Origin: Candidatus Latescibacterota bacterium | GTDB lineage: Bacteria > Latescibacterota > UBA2968 > UBA8231 | Length of the DNA: 64,000 nt | Direction: 5' to 3' | Assembly: GCA_965223905.1 (NCBI GenBank) | Contig: CBDCXV010000011.1 | Coordinates: 704,001 to 768,000, forward strand | In this document: positions 47,649 through 59,518 of the stretch, piece by piece | Layout of the letters: each line of letters opens with the position of its first letter | How positions within the stretch are numbered: the stretch's first letter is position 1 | Made by a program: the position numbers and the translations under genes | The notes under the pieces: model-generated | What the model was told of the DNA's origin: nothing | Seen by the model: the letters and a program-made list of their open reading frames with translations, nothing else | Database searches by the model: none

Positions 47649-48662
47649 TCATTCCTCCGCCAAGGCGCTTTCGGGCTCCTCGTCCAGCTCGACGTCCTCG
47701 AAGCGCGAGATGTCCATGCCCCACGCCAAATTCATTTCGTCGAGGATTTCGCCCAACTCGTTGAGCGACTTGCGCCCGAAGTTGCGAAACTTGAGCATCT
47801 CCGCTTCACTGCGCGAAACGAGTTCGCGAAGATTCGTAATCCCCGCGGCCCGGAGACAGTTTGCCGATCGCACCGACAGTTCGAGGTCGTCAACCGGCAT
47901 GGCGAGCAGCTTGGCAATGTGCTTTACCTGGTCATCGACTTCCCTCTCCGGATCGGGCACCGGTTCAGTCTGGAAATTTGCGATGAGATCCAAATGCTCG
48001 ATCAGAATCCTCGCGGCCTGCGCCATGGCGTCTTCCGGCCGCAGGGAACCGTCCGTCCACACCTGCAGATTGAGCCGGTCAAAGTCGGTGCGACGGCCGA
48101 CGCGAGCGTGCTCGATGTCGTAATTGACCTTTAGAACGGGGGAGAAGTTTGCGTCCATCGGAATGGTTCCGATCGGCTGTTCCGGAAGCTTGTTCTCCTC
48201 GGCGAACACGTAGCCACGCCCCCTGCCGACCGCTACCTCCATCTTCAGGTGTACCTCTTTGCCGAGGGTTGCGATGTGGAGATCCGGATTCAACACCTCG
48301 ACCGCGGAATCGACCGTAAGGTCCCCGGCGACCAACTCCCTCGGCCCCTTGGCCTCGATTTGCAAAACACGGTCCTCTTCTCCGTGGTAGCGGATGGCGA
48401 CCTCCTTGAGATTCAGCACGATCTCCGGCAGGTCTTCGCGAACTCCCTTGACCATGGAGAACTCATGCTGCACGCCCTCGACGCTTACCGACTTGATGGC
48501 GGCCCCCTGAATTGAGGATACGAGGACGCGTCTGATCGCGTGTCCCACGGTCACGCCGAATCCGCGCTCCAACGGCTGCATCGTAAACGAGCCGTAGGTG
48601 TCGGTAAGCGTGTCCTTGTCGACTTCAACGAGACGCGGCATCTGAAGACCATCTAATGCCAT
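47649..48662 (-). CDS. rpoA: RNA polymerase alpha subunit
   Basis: PLERGFG.T.G, LELSVRS.NCL, NFGRKSL. Confidence 0.97.
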   Translation of the reverse strand: MALDGLQMPRLVEVDKDTLTDTYGSFTMQPLERGFGVTVGHAIRRVLVSSIQGAAIKSVSVEGVQHEFSMVKGVREDLPEIVLNLKEVAIRYHGEEDRVLQIEAKGPRELVAGDLTVDSAVEVLNPDLHIATLGKEVHLKMEVAVGRGRGYVFAEENKLPEQPIGTIPMDANFSPVLKVNYDIEHARVGRRTDFDRLNLQVWTDGSLRPEDAMAQAARILIEHLDLIANFQTEPVPDPEREVDDQVKHIAKLLAMPVDDLELSVRSANCLRAAGITNLRELVSRSEAEMLKFRNFGRKSLNELGEILDEMNLAWGMDISRFEDVELDEEPESALAEE

Positions 48663-48754
48663 ATGGCTACTGACCCCCGGTTTGGTTTGGTTGTGAAAAG
48701 ATGGACGCTGTTTCGGCCACGAACTTGGTTCGCCCCGAAATCCGCTTCCGTCAA

Positions 48755-49381
48755 TTACACGCGTGAGTAGAATTCGATAACCAGCTGCTCTTCAGCCAGT
48801 GTGGGGATATCCTCTCTCGCGGGACGTTCCAACACTGACCCGCTCAGGTTCGCCTTGTCCACCGACAGCCAAGGAACCGTCTCGCGAGCGCGCCGCAGCG
48901 ACTCGTGAATAACCTCCAACTGGCGGCTTTTCTCCGAGACATCGATCACGTCACCCGGCCTCGTCAGGTAGGAAGGGATGTTGACGCGCCGGCCATTGAC
49001 CGTAAAGTGGTTGTGCTTGACCAACTGCCTTGCCGCCTTCCGCGACGGGGCGAACCCGAAGCGAAAGACCACGCTGTCGATGCGGCTCTCAAGCAGCCTC
49101 AAGAGGTTTTCTCCACTTACTCCCGGCACCCGGGTAGCCTCTCTGTAGTAGCCGCGGAACTGTCCCTCGCGGACGCCGTACATGCGCGCCAGCTTCTGCT
49201 TGGCGCGCAGCTGAACGCTGTACTCGGACTGCTTCCGCCGCATGCCCTGCCCGTGCTGCCCCGGTGCGTAGCTGCGTCGTTCGAAGGCGCACTTTTCGAG
49301 GCTGCAGCGCTCTCCCTTGAGAAACAGCTTGGTGCCTTCTCGGCGACAGAATCTGCAATTGGGCCCTGTGTATCTGCTCAC
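48755..49381 (-). CDS. rpsD: 30S ribosomal protein S4
   Basis: CRREG.KLFLKG, ARQLV.H. Confidence 0.97.
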   Translation of the reverse strand: MSRYTGPNCRFCRREGTKLFLKGERCSLEKCAFERRSYAPGQHGQGMRRKQSEYSVQLRAKQKLARMYGVREGQFRGYYREATRVPGVSGENLLRLLESRIDSVVFRFGFAPSRKAARQLVKHNHFTVNGRRVNIPSYLTRPGDVIDVSEKSRQLEVIHESLRRARETVPWLSVDKANLSGSVLERPAREDIPTLAEEQLVIEFYSRV

Positions 49382-49413
49382 GTGAGTTCAGCCTTTCGCT
49401 CGTTTCGGTTACC

Positions 49414-49806
49414 TCACACGCGCCGCCGCTTTGGCGGCCGGCAACCATTGTGGGGAATCGGAGTGACGTCCCGAATCGCGGAGACCTCCAATCCCGCGTT
49501 CTGTAAAGCCCGAATCGCCGAATCGCGGCCCACTCCCGGACCCTTTACCCAGGCCTCAACCCGACGCAGCCCCATGTTGATAGCCTCTTGGGCCGCTCGC
49601 TCGGCCGCCAGCTGACCGGCGAACGGGGTCGACTTCCTGCTGCCTCGGATGCCGACCTTCCCGGGGGTCGCCCAGGAAATGACGTTGCCCTCAACGTCGG
49701 TCAGAGTGACGATGGTGTTGTTGAAGGTTGAGAATATGTGGGCTATTCCCAGCGCCTCGACCTTTTTCGACTTCTTGCGCCGCCGTCTCGCTTTTTCAGG
49801 TGGCAT
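49414..49806 (-). CDS. rpsK: 30S ribosomal protein S11
   Basis: [18 protein letters not shown]. Confidence 0.97.
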   Translation of the reverse strand: MPPEKARRRRKKSKKVEALGIAHIFSTFNNTIVTLTDVEGNVISWATPGKVGIRGSRKSTPFAGQLAAERAAQEAINMGLRRVEAWVKGPGVGRDSAIRALQNAGLEVSAIRDVTPIPHNGCRPPKRRRV

Positions 49807-49877
49807 TCGGTATCCCTTTGAAGGCAGTCAACTTCGGTTCGAAGGAGCCCTCGGTGTGATTTCGCCCCGCGAGGGAC

Positions 49878-50258
49878 CTACTTCCTGGGCGCCTTCTTCT
49901 TGCCCGCAATCGACCGCCCTGGCCCCTTGCGAGTGCGGGCGTTTGTGCGTGTGCGCTGGCCGTTTGCAGGCAATCCCCGCCGGTGTCGCAGTCCGCGGTA
50001 GCACCCGATGTCCATCAGGCGCTTGATGTTCATGTTGACCTCTCCGCGCAGGCTCCCCTCGACCTTGAACTTGCTCTCGATAATGTTCCGCAGCCGCGTC
50101 AGCTCTTCGTCGCTGAGCGCGTTGATCCGGGTGTTCGGATCGACGTTCGACTCGAAAAGGATCTTGTCGGACGATGTTCTCCCGATCCCGTAGATGTATG
50201 TCAATCCCACCTGTACTCGTTTGTCTCGAGGCAGGTCGACACCGGCTATACGTGCCAT
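49878..50258 (-). CDS. rpsM: 30S ribosomal protein S13
   Basis: [23 protein letters not shown]. Confidence 0.97.
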   Translation of the reverse strand: MARIAGVDLPRDKRVQVGLTYIYGIGRTSSDKILFESNVDPNTRINALSDEELTRLRNIIESKFKVEGSLRGEVNMNIKRLMDIGCYRGLRHRRGLPANGQRTRTNARTRKGPGRSIAGKKKAPRK

Positions 50259-50292
50259 GATCTCTCTCTCTCTCCTTGCAAGCTCTCCCAGC

Positions 50293-50409
50293 TTAACCCT
50301 GGCGCTGCTTGTGCCGCGGATTGCGCTTGCAAATCACTCTGACGGTCCCGTTGCGACGGATGATTCTGCATTCGGAGCAGCGCTTTCCTACTGATGCCCT
50401 GACTTTCAT
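50293..50409 (-). CDS. rpmJ: 50S ribosomal protein L36, not in the ORF track
   Basis: Hand translation [38 protein letters not shown]. Confidence 0.95.
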   Translation of the reverse strand: MKVRASVGKRCSECRIIRRNGTVRVICKRNPRHKQRQG

Positions 50410-50440
50410 TTCTCTACCTCTACCTCCGGCGGTTCTCGCC

Positions 50441-51790
50441 TCATTGGCGCCTTCCGCGAATCTTGCCGCCGCCCTTCATGAACCCCTCGTAGTGGCGGGT
50501 CATCAGCTGCGATTCCAACTGCTGCAGCGTATCGAGAGCGACCCCGACGATGATGAGCAGCCCCGTGCCGCCGAAGAACTGGGAGAAGGACTGGGTCACC
50601 TGAAACTGGCGCGTCACGAAAAAGGGGAAGATCGCCACCGCTGCGAGGGCGATGGCGCCCGGAAGCGTGATGCGCGTCATGATGCGATCGATGTACATCG
50701 CCGTGCGTTTACCAGGACGCACCCCCGGTATGAAGCCTCCGTGCCGCTTCATGTTGTCTGCGAGTTGATTCGGATCCATCACGATCGCGGTGTAGAAATA
50801 GCAGAAGAACACGATCATGGTAGCGTAGACCCCCCAGTAGAACAGGGAGTCCATGGTGAAGAAGGCCCCGAGCCACTGCATCATTTCGTTTTCCGGAAAG
50901 AACTGGGTCACCGTTCCGGGCAGAAACATGATCGACTGCGCGAAGATGATCGGGATGACACCGGCCGAATTGATGCGCAGCGGAATGTGAGTCGTCTGTC
51001 CGCCGTAAACCCGCCGTCCGACAACGCGCTTGGCGTACTGAACCGGTATCTTGCGCTGCCCCTGTGTCAGCAACACTACGAAGGCGACGATGACGACCAT
51101 CAGAGCGACGAGGAATATCTCCTCGATCAGGCTTTTGCTGAAGCCGCGGTTGAGCAGGTAGTTCTGCCACTCGCTCTTCACCGCGAAGGGCAATTCTGCC
51201 ACTATACCGACGAAAATGATCAATGAAATCCCGTTGCCGATGCCGCGCTCGGTTATCTGTTCGCCGAGCCACATGATGAAAATCGTTCCTGCCGTTATCG
51301 TCAGCATCGTCATCAGCCGGAAACCAATGCCCGGATCGATAACGGCATCGAGGCCCGAACCCGGGCCGCGTATGCTCTCAAGGAAGTAACTGACCCCCAA
51401 AGACTGGGCCGCGGCGAGAAACACGGTACCGTAGCGGGTGTACTGATTGATCTTGCGGCGTCCCTCTTCCCCTTCCCGTTGCAGTTTCTGGAAAAAGGGA
51501 ACCACCGCGCCCATCAGCTGCAGAATGATCGAGGCGCTGATGTAGGGCATGATACCGAGGGCGAAAACCGTCGCTCTGGTGAAGGCACCGCCGACGAACA
51601 TGTCGTACAGTCCGAACAGGGTGTTGCCCCCACCCGAGAAGAACTCCTGCAGCACCGCGGAGTTTACTCCCGGCACCGTAATCTGGCCGCCGATCCTGTA
51701 TATGATGAGGATCCCGCATGTAAACAGAATCTTCCGCCTCAAATCGGGAATCTTGAAGCAGTTTTGAAAGCTTTCGAGAAGAACCGGCAT
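50441..51790 (-). CDS. secY: Preprotein translocase SecY
   Basis: [31 protein letters not shown]. Confidence 0.97.
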   Translation of the reverse strand: MPVLLESFQNCFKIPDLRRKILFTCGILIIYRIGGQITVPGVNSAVLQEFFSGGGNTLFGLYDMFVGGAFTRATVFALGIMPYISASIILQLMGAVVPFFQKLQREGEEGRRKINQYTRYGTVFLAAAQSLGVSYFLESIRGPGSGLDAVIDPGIGFRLMTMLTITAGTIFIMWLGEQITERGIGNGISLIIFVGIVAELPFAVKSEWQNYLLNRGFSKSLIEEIFLVALMVVIVAFVVLLTQGQRKIPVQYAKRVVGRRVYGGQTTHIPLRINSAGVIPIIFAQSIMFLPGTVTQFFPENEMMQWLGAFFTMDSLFYWGVYATMIVFFCYFYTAIVMDPNQLADNMKRHGGFIPGVRPGKRTAMYIDRIMTRITLPGAIALAAVAIFPFFVTRQFQVTQSFSQFFGGTGLLIIVGVALDTLQQLESQLMTRHYEGFMKGGGKIRGRRQ

Positions 51791-51792
51791 GT

Positions 51793-52263
51793 TTATGCGT
51801 CAGGTGGCCTATTTTCCAGCCTTTCGGCGCTGCCCCCGGCTGCGTCGATTTTCTCCCTTGCCGAACTGGAAAACGCATGCGCCCTGACCTTCAATGGGCG
51901 ACTCAACGCGCCAGTTCCCAGAATCTTGACGGGAAGAGTCGCCTTGCGAATAAGCCCGGCGGCTTTCAACTCGGGAGGACCCACCTCCCCTTCGAGGCCA
52001 CGGGACTCGATCTCAGCGAGGTTGACAACCTGGTATACACGTTGAAAACGCTGGTTGGAAAACCCGATCTTGGGAAGCCTGCGGTACAGCGGCATCTGTC
52101 CGCCCTCGAACCCCACGCGGCTTCCGCGCCGTGCACCCGAACGGGACCGCTGTCCTTTGTGACCGCGGCCGGCGGTCTTGCCGGTGCCACTACCGACACC
52201 CTTGCCGCGGCGCTTGGTCGCTCGACGAGCCCCTTTCGGCAGCTTGAGATTACCCAAATCCAT
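51793..52263 (-). CDS. rplO: 50S ribosomal protein L15
   Basis: GKTAGRGHKGQ, FEGGQMPLYRRLPK. Confidence 0.97.
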   Translation of the reverse strand: MDLGNLKLPKGARRATKRRGKGVGSGTGKTAGRGHKGQRSRSGARRGSRVGFEGGQMPLYRRLPKIGFSNQRFQRVYQVVNLAEIESRGLEGEVGPPELKAAGLIRKATLPVKILGTGALSRPLKVRAHAFSSSAREKIDAAGGSAERLENRPPDA

Positions 52264-52296
52264 AATGTGAGAAACCGTGCTGTTTCCTTCGACCGA

Positions 52297-52482
52297 TTAC
52301 CCGTTGACGATCTCCTCGACTTCCAGGAGATGGGAGATCGACCTGATCATGCCCCTGATCTGCGGAGTGTCCTTGTGGAGCACCTCCTGATGCATTCGTC
52401 GGATGCCGAGGGCGTGCAGCGTCCGCTGCTGCTTCCTCGCCCTCCCGATAGCGCTCTTCCTTTGCCTGATCGCGAGTTTCAT
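52297..52482 (-). CDS. rpmD: 50S ribosomal protein L30
   Basis: [14 protein letters not shown]. Confidence 0.93.
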   Translation of the reverse strand: MKLAIRQRKSAIGRARKQQRTLHALGIRRMHQEVLHKDTPQIRGMIRSISHLLEVEEIVNG

Positions 52483-53024
52483 CGCAGGCCTTTGACCGCA
52501 ACGCCGCGCATTCTCGCCACCGCATCGACATCTCGGAGCTCGCGAAGACCTTCCATCGTCGCCTTGATCGTATTCTGCGAATTCGAAGAGCCGAGCGACT
52601 TGGTAAGGATGTTGTGAACTCCAGCGAGGTCGAGCACGATACGGATGCCGCCACTGGCGATTACTCCGGTTCCCGGAGACGCCGGTTTCAAAAGCACTTT
52701 GGCGGCGCTGAACTTGCCGACGATCTCATGGGGAATTGTTCCGTCGACTACGGGCACCTCGACGACGTTCTTCCTGGCGTTTTCGGTCCCCTTGCGTATC
52801 GCCTCGGCGACCTCGCCAGCCTTCCCCGAGCCCACACCGACATGTCCGTTGCGGTCACCGACCACAACCATGGCGGTAAAGCTGAAATTGCGCCCGCCCT
52901 TCCTCACGTGTGATACACGCCTGACGCTGTTCTGTACCACCACCTCTGCCAGTTCCAGATTGCCTGCGTCGATTCGCGCCAACTCCGGACCCCCAGTCGC
53001 TTTCTTTTTTCCGCCTGCGGTCAT
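52479..53024 (-). CDS. rpsE: 30S ribosomal protein S5
   Basis: [17 protein letters not shown]. Confidence 0.96.
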   Translation of the reverse strand: MTAGGKKKATGGPELARIDAGNLELAEVVVQNSVRRVSHVRKGGRNFSFTAMVVVGDRNGHVGVGSGKAGEVAEAIRKGTENARKNVVEVPVVDGTIPHEIVGKFSAAKVLLKPASPGTGVIASGGIRIVLDLAGVHNILTKSLGSSNSQNTIKATMEGLRELRDVDAVARMRGVAVKGLR

Positions 53025-53393
53025 TCAGAAATTCAACCCGCCTTCGCGGGCCCCATCGGCGACGGCCTTGACAATGCCGTGATACAGAAACCCTGCGCGG
53101 TCGAAAACCACGCGGTTGATCCCCTGCTCTTTAGCCTTTTCGGCGATCATCTTGCCAAGTTCGCGACCCTGCTCCACCCGCTTGGCACCGTTCTTTTCGA
53201 AATCTCGAGAAAGCGTCGAAATTCCTACGAGCGAATGTCCCGAGTGATCGTCGATGATCTGGGCTTCTATGTTGCGCAGGCTCCGGTGCACCACCAGGCG
53301 GGGGCGCTCCGGACTTCCGACGACCGTCTTACGTCCCCGGCTGCGCCGGCGCGCTCGTGCGGCTCTCTTCTTGGCAATCTTTCCCGGGTCCAT
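53025..53393 (-). CDS. rplR: 50S ribosomal protein L18
   Basis: RPRLVV.RS, FDRAGFLYHG. Confidence 0.96.
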   Translation of the reverse strand: MDPGKIAKKRAARARRRSRGRKTVVGSPERPRLVVHRSLRNIEAQIIDDHSGHSLVGISTLSRDFEKNGAKRVEQGRELGKMIAEKAKEQGINRVVFDRAGFLYHGIVKAVADGAREGGLNF

Positions 53394-53411
53394 CTACGGA
53401 AGTCCTCCGAC

Positions 53412-53969
53412 CTATGCGACCGCGGCTTTGCCGGCCTTCCAGTGGATGATTTCGCCTTCGTAGCGAATGCCTTTGCCCTTGTAGGGGTCGGGCTTGCGCT
53501 TTTGACGAATCTCGGAGGCCACCTGGCCGACCTTCTGTTTGTCTATTCCCGAGACGGCGATTCTCGCCTGAGCGCCGCCAACCGGATCGACAGCGGTGAC
53601 CTCGACGCCTTCCGGGGCCTCGTATTCCACGGTGTGGGAGTAGCCGATATGCAGAGTCAGCTTCCTACCCTGCTGCTCGGCGCGAAAACCGACGCCGTGT
53701 ACGTCGAGAAACTTCTGGTATCCGGTGATGACGCCGACAACGGCGTTGGCGATCAGCGAACGCGTAAGTCCGTGCAATGCCTTCGACTCCTTCTCATCGG
53801 AGTCCCTGGTGACAACGACAGTGGACTCGCCGGCCTCGACCGTAATTCTCTCGGCCCGATAGCCGACTTTGAGCTCGCCCTTTGGACCTTTTACTAAGAC
53901 CTCCGGCGGCGTCACGGCGACTTCGACTCCCTGTGGGAGTTCGATTGGTTGTTTGCCTACACGGGACAT
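53412..53969 (-). CDS. rplF: 50S ribosomal protein L6
   Basis: MSRVGK.P, PDPYKGKGIRY. Confidence 0.97.
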   Translation of the reverse strand: MSRVGKQPIELPQGVEVAVTPPEVLVKGPKGELKVGYRAERITVEAGESTVVVTRDSDEKESKALHGLTRSLIANAVVGVITGYQKFLDVHGVGFRAEQQGRKLTLHIGYSHTVEYEAPEGVEVTAVDPVGGAQARIAVSGIDKQKVGQVASEIRQKRKPDPYKGKGIRYEGEIIHWKAGKAAVA

Positions 53970-54011
53970 CTTCCTGCTCTCCAGATTTCGACTTGCCCTG
54001 CCTTCCCGGCG

Positions 54012-54410
54012 CTACCAGACACTGCAGAGAATCTCACCGCCGACCCCGGCCTTGCGCGCATCCCTGTCGGTCATTACGCCGCGCGACGTCGAGAGAATCG
54101 AAATGCCCAAACCGCTGCGCACGCGTGGAATTTTTCCTTTCGTCGCGTACTGTCTCAGTCCCGGCTTGCTGACTCTCCGCAATCCCTGAATTATGCTGAC
54201 CGAGTCTTCGCCGTAGCGCAGGTAAAGGCGCAACTGGCCCTGTTTCCCGTCTTCGTAGAAAGCGAAGTTGTCGATAAACCTCTCTTCCGCCAGAACGCGG
54301 GCAATTTCCCTCTTGAACTTCGAGGCGGGGATGTCGACACGCGGGTGTTTTGCGTGGCATGCGTTTCGAATACGCGTCAGGAGATCGGCAATCGGATCGC
54401 TCATACTCAT
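54012..54410 (-). CDS. rpsH: 30S ribosomal protein S8
   Basis: DPIADLLTRIRNA, RVSKPG. Confidence 0.97.
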   Translation of the reverse strand: MSMSDPIADLLTRIRNACHAKHPRVDIPASKFKREIARVLAEERFIDNFAFYEDGKQGQLRLYLRYGEDSVSIIQGLRRVSKPGLRQYATKGKIPRVRSGLGISILSTSRGVMTDRDARKAGVGGEILCSVW

Positions 54411-54419
54411 CGCAATAAC

Positions 54420-54605
54420 CTACCAGCTCGCCTTGGTCACACCGGGGATCTCGCCCTGCAAGGCGAGCTCGCGGAAACAGATCCGGCACAATCCGAACTT
54501 GCGATAAACGGCCCGCGGTCGGCCACAGCGCTGGCAGCGAGTGTACTTTCTCACCTTGAACTTCGGTTCGCGGGCGGCCTTGATCAGGAGGCATTTCTTC
54601 GGCAT
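54420..54605 (-). CDS. rpsN: 30S ribosomal protein S14 (Zn-binding type)
   Basis: [16 protein letters not shown]. Confidence 0.96.
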   Translation of the reverse strand: MPKKCLLIKAAREPKFKVRKYTRCQRCGRPRAVYRKFGLCRICFRELALQGEIPGVTKASW

Positions 54606-54631
54606 TCGCTATCCGTTTCTTCGCGTTCTGG

Positions 54632-55180
54632 TCAGTTGGTGAACGGTGCCCCGAACTGCCGCAACAGCTCCAGGGCCTCTTCGTCGGTTGCGGCCGAGGT
54701 GACGATAGTTATATCCATGCCGCGAATGCGATCGATCGCGTCGTAATCGATCTCGGGAAAAATGATCTGCTCTCTGATCCCGAGCGTGTAGTTTCCGCAA
54801 CCGTCGAAGCTGCGGTTCGACAAACCGCGAAAGTCCCTGACCTGAGGCAGCGCGAAATTGACCAGCCGATCGAGAAATTCGAACATGATTTCGCGACGCA
54901 AGGTGACCATCGCCCCTACGGGCATTCCCTTCCGCAGTTTGAAGTTGGAGATGGCTTTCCTCGCCCTGCGAATCGTCGCCCGCTGGCCAGTGATGGCCGT
55001 GAGTTCGGCAACGACATTGTCGAGCAGCTTCGATTCCTGGGCTGCCTCGCCGACACCGGCGTTAACCACGATTTTCTCCAGCTTCGGCACTTGGTTGACA
55101 TTGTTGTATTCGAACTTTTCGCGCATAGCCGGAACAATGCGCCTTCGGTAATCCTCTTTCAGCCTAGACATCCGCGTCAT
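54632..55180 (-). CDS. rplE: 50S ribosomal protein L5
   Basis: [19 protein letters not shown]. Confidence 0.97.
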   Translation of the reverse strand: MTRMSRLKEDYRRRIVPAMREKFEYNNVNQVPKLEKIVVNAGVGEAAQESKLLDNVVAELTAITGQRATIRRARKAISNFKLRKGMPVGAMVTLRREIMFEFLDRLVNFALPQVRDFRGLSNRSFDGCGNYTLGIREQIIFPEIDYDAIDRIRGMDITIVTSAATDEEALELLRQFGAPFTN

Positions 55181-55494
55181 CCCGAGTCGATCATTTCGCC
55201 GCTACGCACCGATACCCGCATGCTGTGACCGTCTTCAAGACGCCGCTTCCTTATGCGCGTCGGCCGGTTCGTCTGAGGACAGACGATCATGACGCTCGAA
55301 GCATGGATTGACGCTTCGCGCTCCACGATTCCCCCTTGCGGATCCCGCTGCGTCGGTTTGGTGTGTTTCTTCATCATGCGTATGCCTTCGACGATCAGAC
55401 GATCTGTCTCCCGGAAGACCTTAAGCACCCTGCCCCTCTTTCCCTTCTCGTTGCCACTGATGACTTCTACCGTATCTCCCTGTCGGAAGTGCAT
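55177..55494 (-). CDS. rplX: 50S ribosomal protein L24
   Basis: GD.V.VISG..KGK.G KOW motif. Confidence 0.96.
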   Translation of the reverse strand: MHFRQGDTVEVISGNEKGKRGRVLKVFRETDRLIVEGIRMMKKHTKPTQRDPQGGIVEREASIHASSVMIVCPQTNRPTRIRKRRLEDGHSMRVSVRSGEMIDSG

Positions 55495-55653
55495 GTCAAC
55501 GCCCTCGCTAGTTTCAGGTCGCGGAGATATCCGGTGGCATCCCAGGTCCGGAGCGCAATGTCCGGATAGGGAACGGCGGAAGAGAAAACTGCCGAGATGC
55601 GAAGGAATCGACCGCGATACGCTGGTAATTTCCGAGACCCGGCACTGGGCTAT

Positions 55654-56022
55654 CTACACCACTTCAGGAGCCAGGGAGACGATGCGCATGAATTGGCGGT
55701 CTCTCAGCTCACGGGCCACAGGACCAAAAATGCGAGTTCCACGCGGCTCGTTGTTTGTGTCGAGAAGGACAGCGGCATTGTCGTCGAAGCGGATGTAAGA
55801 GCCGTCTGGCCGACGAAACTCCTTCTTCGTGCGCACGATTACGGCCCGACAGACCTCCCCTTCCTTAAGAGGGCCGTTCGGAGTCACGTCGTGTACTGCC
55901 ACGACAACCATGTCACCAACTCCAGCGTAACGCTTCCTCGAACCGCCGAGGACGCGGATGCATTTGCCTCGTCGCGCCCCGGCGTTGTCGGCCATCTTGA
56001 GGACAGAATATTCCCTTACCAT
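55654..56022 (-). CDS. rplN: 50S ribosomal protein L14
   Basis: [19 protein letters not shown]. Confidence 0.97.
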   Translation of the reverse strand: MVREYSVLKMADNAGARRGKCIRVLGGSRKRYAGVGDMVVVAVHDVTPNGPLKEGEVCRAVIVRTKKEFRRPDGSYIRFDDNAAVLLDTNNEPRGTRIFGPVARELRDRQFMRIVSLAPEVV

Positions 56023-56047
56023 TAGATGGTCGACCTCTTCAGTCCTC

Positions 56048-56320
56048 TCATTTCCCGCCCTGTGCTTTTTTTACAATCCCGATCAGTCTCCATCGCTTCG
56101 TGCGACTCAAAGGTCGGGTTTCACGAATGCGCACCACGTCGCCGACTTCGGATTGGTTCTTTTCGTCGTGGGCCACGAATTTGGCAATCCGCTTTATTCG
56201 GCGTCCATACAGTCTGTTTGCCAAACGTTGATCGATTTCAACGACGCGTGTCTTGTCATTTCGAGCCCGCACGATGGTGCCTTCGAAGATCCGACCGCCT
56301 CTGTCAGCTGCTTCTCTCAT
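56048..56320 (-). CDS. rpsQ: 30S ribosomal protein S17
   Basis: AHDE.N...GD.V.I.ETRPLS..KRW. Confidence 0.96.
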   Translation of the reverse strand: MREAADRGGRIFEGTIVRARNDKTRVVEIDQRLANRLYGRRIKRIAKFVAHDEKNQSEVGDVVRIRETRPLSRTKRWRLIGIVKKAQGGK

Positions 56321-56365
56321 TCGTCTCTCACAGAGCGGCTAGCGCCGCTACGTTGCAATGATCTA

Positions 56366-56599
56366 TCAACTGCCCGCTTTTTCGTCCGAACCCGAGGGAA
56401 GCACGCGGATGCCGAGGTGATGCTCGCGCAGTACGGTGCGCACCATTGCGAGTTCACGCCGCACCTCCCGCAGCCTGATCGGACTGCTCAACTGACCCAA
56501 GGCGTGCTGGAACCGCAGGTTGAAACGCTCCTCGGTCAGCTCATCGAGGCGCCGGGTCAATTCCCTGACACTCTGTTCTCTCAGTTCACTCGATTTCAA
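56366..56599 (-). CDS. rpmC: 50S ribosomal protein L29
   Basis: ELR, FNLRFQ..GQL. Confidence 0.94.
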   Translation of the reverse strand: MKSSELREQSVRELTRRLDELTEERFNLRFQHALGQLSSPIRLREVRRELAMVRTVLREHHLGIRVLPSGSDEKAGS

Positions 56600-57012
56600 A
56601 CGCCGCCCGTCCGCTCGACGAATTTTGTCCTGATCGGCAGCTTGTTTCCGGCTTTCCGCAAAGCTTCCTTGGCCATCTCCAAGGGAACACCTGACAGTTC
56701 AAACATGATGCGCCCAGGTTTTACAACCGCGACCCAACCCTCGGGAGCCCCCTTTCCTTTTCCCATTCTCGTTTCAGCCGGTTTCTTGGAGATCGGCTTA
56801 TCGGGGAAGACGCGAATCCACATCTTTCCGGTTCGACTCATGGCGCGGCTAATCGCGATCCGGGCAGCCTCGATCTGCCGGTTGCTGATCCATCCCGGCT
56901 CCAGCGCCTTGAGTCCAAACTCACCGAACGAGACCATGGCGCCCCCCTTGCTCTGCCCTCTCATGCGGCCACGACTCTGCTTGCGCCATTCGGTTTTTTT
57001 CGGCATCAACAT
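56596..57012 (-). CDS. rplP: 50S ribosomal protein L16
   Basis: MLMPK, RMGKGKG. Confidence 0.97.
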   Translation of the reverse strand: MLMPKKTEWRKQSRGRMRGQSKGGAMVSFGEFGLKALEPGWISNRQIEAARIAISRAMSRTGKMWIRVFPDKPISKKPAETRMGKGKGAPEGWVAVVKPGRIMFELSGVPLEMAKEALRKAGNKLPIRTKFVERTGGV

Positions 57013-57022
57013 GGGTTGTGCA

Positions 57023-57694
57023 CTATCCCTGTCTTTGTCCGGTGACGTCGGTTGTCATTTCGTCCTCTTCGACGACCTCTCCATGGCAAATCCAGACCTT
57101 CACCCCTACCGTCCCAGATATCGTGAAAGCAGTCGCAGTGGCGTAGTCGATGTCAGCTCGGAGCGTGTGCAGAGGAACCCTCCCCGCGGGCTCAGAACGT
57201 TCGCGCCTGGACATCTCGGCTCCGCCGATGCGACCTGAGCAGACAATGCGGATTCCTTCGGCACCCATGCGCATCGACGATGCAACCGACTTCTTGATGG
57301 CGCGACGAAAGGCGACTCTCTGCTCCAGCTGACGTGCGAGGTTGTCCGCGACCAGTTGGGCGTCCAGTTCCGGTTTCTTCACTTCCTGAATATTCAGCGA
57401 CACGTCCTTGGCGGTCAGCTGCTTCAACTCGTCCCTCAGCTTGTCGACTTCGGCACCCCGCCGACCGATGGCGATTCCCGGACGCGCGGTGAATACTTCG
57501 ATTGTCACTCTCTTGGGACGGCGTTCGATGTTGATACGGGAGACACCGGCCCTTTGCAGGCGCTGGTGGATGTACCGACGCAGCATCAGATCCTCCTTGA
57601 GGAGTTCCGGGTATTCCTTGTCGGTAAACCAGTTGGAGCGCCATCCCTTGATGATGCCCAGCCTGAATCCGTATGGATGTGTTTTCTGACCCAC
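57023..57694 (-). CDS. rpsC: 30S ribosomal protein S3
   Basis: [22 protein letters not shown]; GTG start inferred. Confidence 0.96.
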   Translation of the reverse strand: MGQKTHPYGFRLGIIKGWRSNWFTDKEYPELLKEDLMLRRYIHQRLQRAGVSRINIERRPKRVTIEVFTARPGIAIGRRGAEVDKLRDELKQLTAKDVSLNIQEVKKPELDAQLVADNLARQLEQRVAFRRAIKKSVASSMRMGAEGIRIVCSGRIGGAEMSRRERSEPAGRVPLHTLRADIDYATATAFTISGTVGVKVWICHGEVVEEDEMTTDVTGQRQG

Positions 57695-58083
57695 TACTCC
57701 TGCCCTTGTTTTTTCACGTTCGCATGATTTGCCGCGGGACCAGTCTCGTCGGTTACGATGACGGTAATATGGCTGTGGCGTTTGCGGATCCGATGAGCGG
57801 CGCCGCGGGCGCGCGGTCTGATCCGCTTCAGGTCTCGTCCTTCGTCGGCGAAAACCGACCCGACGACCAAGTCGTCGGCGTCGACCGGGTTCTCTTCGTC
57901 CTGATTGATGGCATTGGAGATGGCAGAGCGTAGAGTCTTTTCGACGGTTTTGGCCACCGCTCTGTTCGAAAACCGAAGAATGGTTAGCGCCTCTTCCACA
58001 GGCCTGTTGCGGATCAGATCGATGACCTGACGCACCTTGGTGGCCGGAACGCCGACCTGTCTGGCAACTGCTCTCGCTTGCAT
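57694..58083 (-). CDS. rplV: 50S ribosomal protein L22
   Basis: RPRARG.A..I.KR.SHIT. Confidence 0.96.
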   Translation of the reverse strand: MQARAVARQVGVPATKVRQVIDLIRNRPVEEALTILRFSNRAVAKTVEKTLRSAISNAINQDEENPVDADDLVVGSVFADEGRDLKRIRPRARGAAHRIRKRHSHITVIVTDETGPAANHANVKKQGQE

Positions 58084-58091
58084 CGGAATTC

Positions 58092-58379
58092 TCAGCGGAT
58101 TCCCGTGGTGCGCTCCGTTGCCCGGCCACCGTGACCACGAAAGGTCCTGGTCGGTGCGAATTCCCCGAGCTTGTGTCCGACCATATTCTCGGTGATGTAG
58201 ACCGGGATGAACTTGTTGCCGTTGTGAACGGCGAGCGTATGCCCGAGAAAATCAGGTGTTATGGTAGATCGTCTGGACCAAGTCTGCAGCACTTTTTTTT
58301 CGCCCGTTCTGTTCAGGTCTTCGATTCTAGCAGCCAGCTTGTCGTCGACAAACGGACCCTTTTTCACTGATCTGGCCAT
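58092..58379 (-). CDS. rpsS: 30S ribosomal protein S19
   Basis: [18 protein letters not shown]. Confidence 0.97.
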   Translation of the reverse strand: MARSVKKGPFVDDKLAARIEDLNRTGEKKVLQTWSRRSTITPDFLGHTLAVHNGNKFIPVYITENMVGHKLGEFAPTRTFRGHGGRATERTTGIR

Positions 58380-58400
58380 ATGCGTTCTCTGCCTGGCTGC

Positions 58401-59231
58401 CTACTTGACTCGGCGCCGGCGGACTATCAAGGCGTCCGACTTCTTGCCCCTGCGGCGAGTCTTGCGCCCCTTGGTAGGCTTACCCCATGGGGTCACGGGA
58501 TGCCTTCCTCCCGATGACTTTCCCTCGCCCCCGCCATGCGGATGATCGACCGGATTCATCACCACCCCTCGGACCTTCGGTCGCCTGCCAAGCCAGCGCG
58601 ACCTACCTGCCTTGCCGAGAACCACGTTGCGGTGATCCGCATTGCCTACTTGACCCAACGTAGCACGGCACTGCACCGGAACTTCCCGGATCTCGCCAGA
58701 AGGCATTCTCAACTGCGCCCGGCGTTCGTCTCTGGTCATGAGTTGAACCCCGACCCCGGCACTGCGGGCAAGACGGGCGCCCTGCCCGGGGTTCAGTTCG
58801 ATATTGTGAACCCTCGATCCAACGGGGATCCTCGATAAAGGCAATGCGTTCCCAACGGCGATCGGAGCCTCCGGGCCCGAGCTCACGAAGCTGCCAACGC
58901 TCAGTCCCTGCGGAGCGAGAATGTAGCGCTTTTCCCCGTCCCGGTAGAAGATCAATGCAATGAATGCCGAGCGGTTCGGATCGTATTCAATGGTCGCCAC
59001 CTTCCCTTCAACCCCGTCTTTGTCACGCTTGAAGTCGACAATCCGGTAGCGGCGTTTGTGACCGCCTCCGCGGCGGCGCATTGTGATGCGGCCCCGATTG
59101 TTGCGCCCACCGCTTTTTGACAACGCTGCAGTCAGGCTCTTTTCGGGAGATGAAGCGGTTACTTCATCAAAGGAATTGACCGTTTTGTAGCGCTGCGTCG
59201 GCGTGATCGGCCTGAATCTCTTGACAGCCAC
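58401..59231 (-). CDS. rplB: 50S ribosomal protein L2
   Basis: [21 protein letters not shown]. Confidence 0.97.
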   Translation of the reverse strand: MAVKRFRPITPTQRYKTVNSFDEVTASSPEKSLTAALSKSGGRNNRGRITMRRRGGGHKRRYRIVDFKRDKDGVEGKVATIEYDPNRSAFIALIFYRDGEKRYILAPQGLSVGSFVSSGPEAPIAVGNALPLSRIPVGSRVHNIELNPGQGARLARSAGVGVQLMTRDERRAQLRMPSGEIREVPVQCRATLGQVGNADHRNVVLGKAGRSRWLGRRPKVRGVVMNPVDHPHGGGEGKSSGGRHPVTPWGKPTKGRKTRRRGKKSDALIVRRRRVK

Positions 59232-59518
59232 TATACGGCCTCGAGGATTTCGATGGCGTCACCGGCGCGCAAGGTGATGTATGCTTTTTTCCACGCACTC
59301 GTGGAACCTGGGAACATCCCTTGCCTCTTGGGCTTGCGACGCACGTTCACGACCCTGACGGATTGGACCCTGACATCGAAGATCGATTCGACCGCGTTTC
59401 GGATCTGGATCTTGTTGGCCCGGCGATCCACCTTGAAAGTGTAGGTGTTCCGATCGCGTAGATTCGTCGCCTTTTCGGTGACGACGGGGGCGTGCAATAC
59501 GGTGCGTGGATTGTTCAT
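59231..59518 (-). CDS. rplW: 50S ribosomal protein L23
   Basis: [14 protein letters not shown]. Confidence 0.95.
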   Translation of the reverse strand: MNNPRTVLHAPVVTEKATNLRDRNTYTFKVDRRANKIQIRNAVESIFDVRVQSVRVVNVRRKPKRQGMFPGSTSAWKKAYITLRAGDAIEILEAV

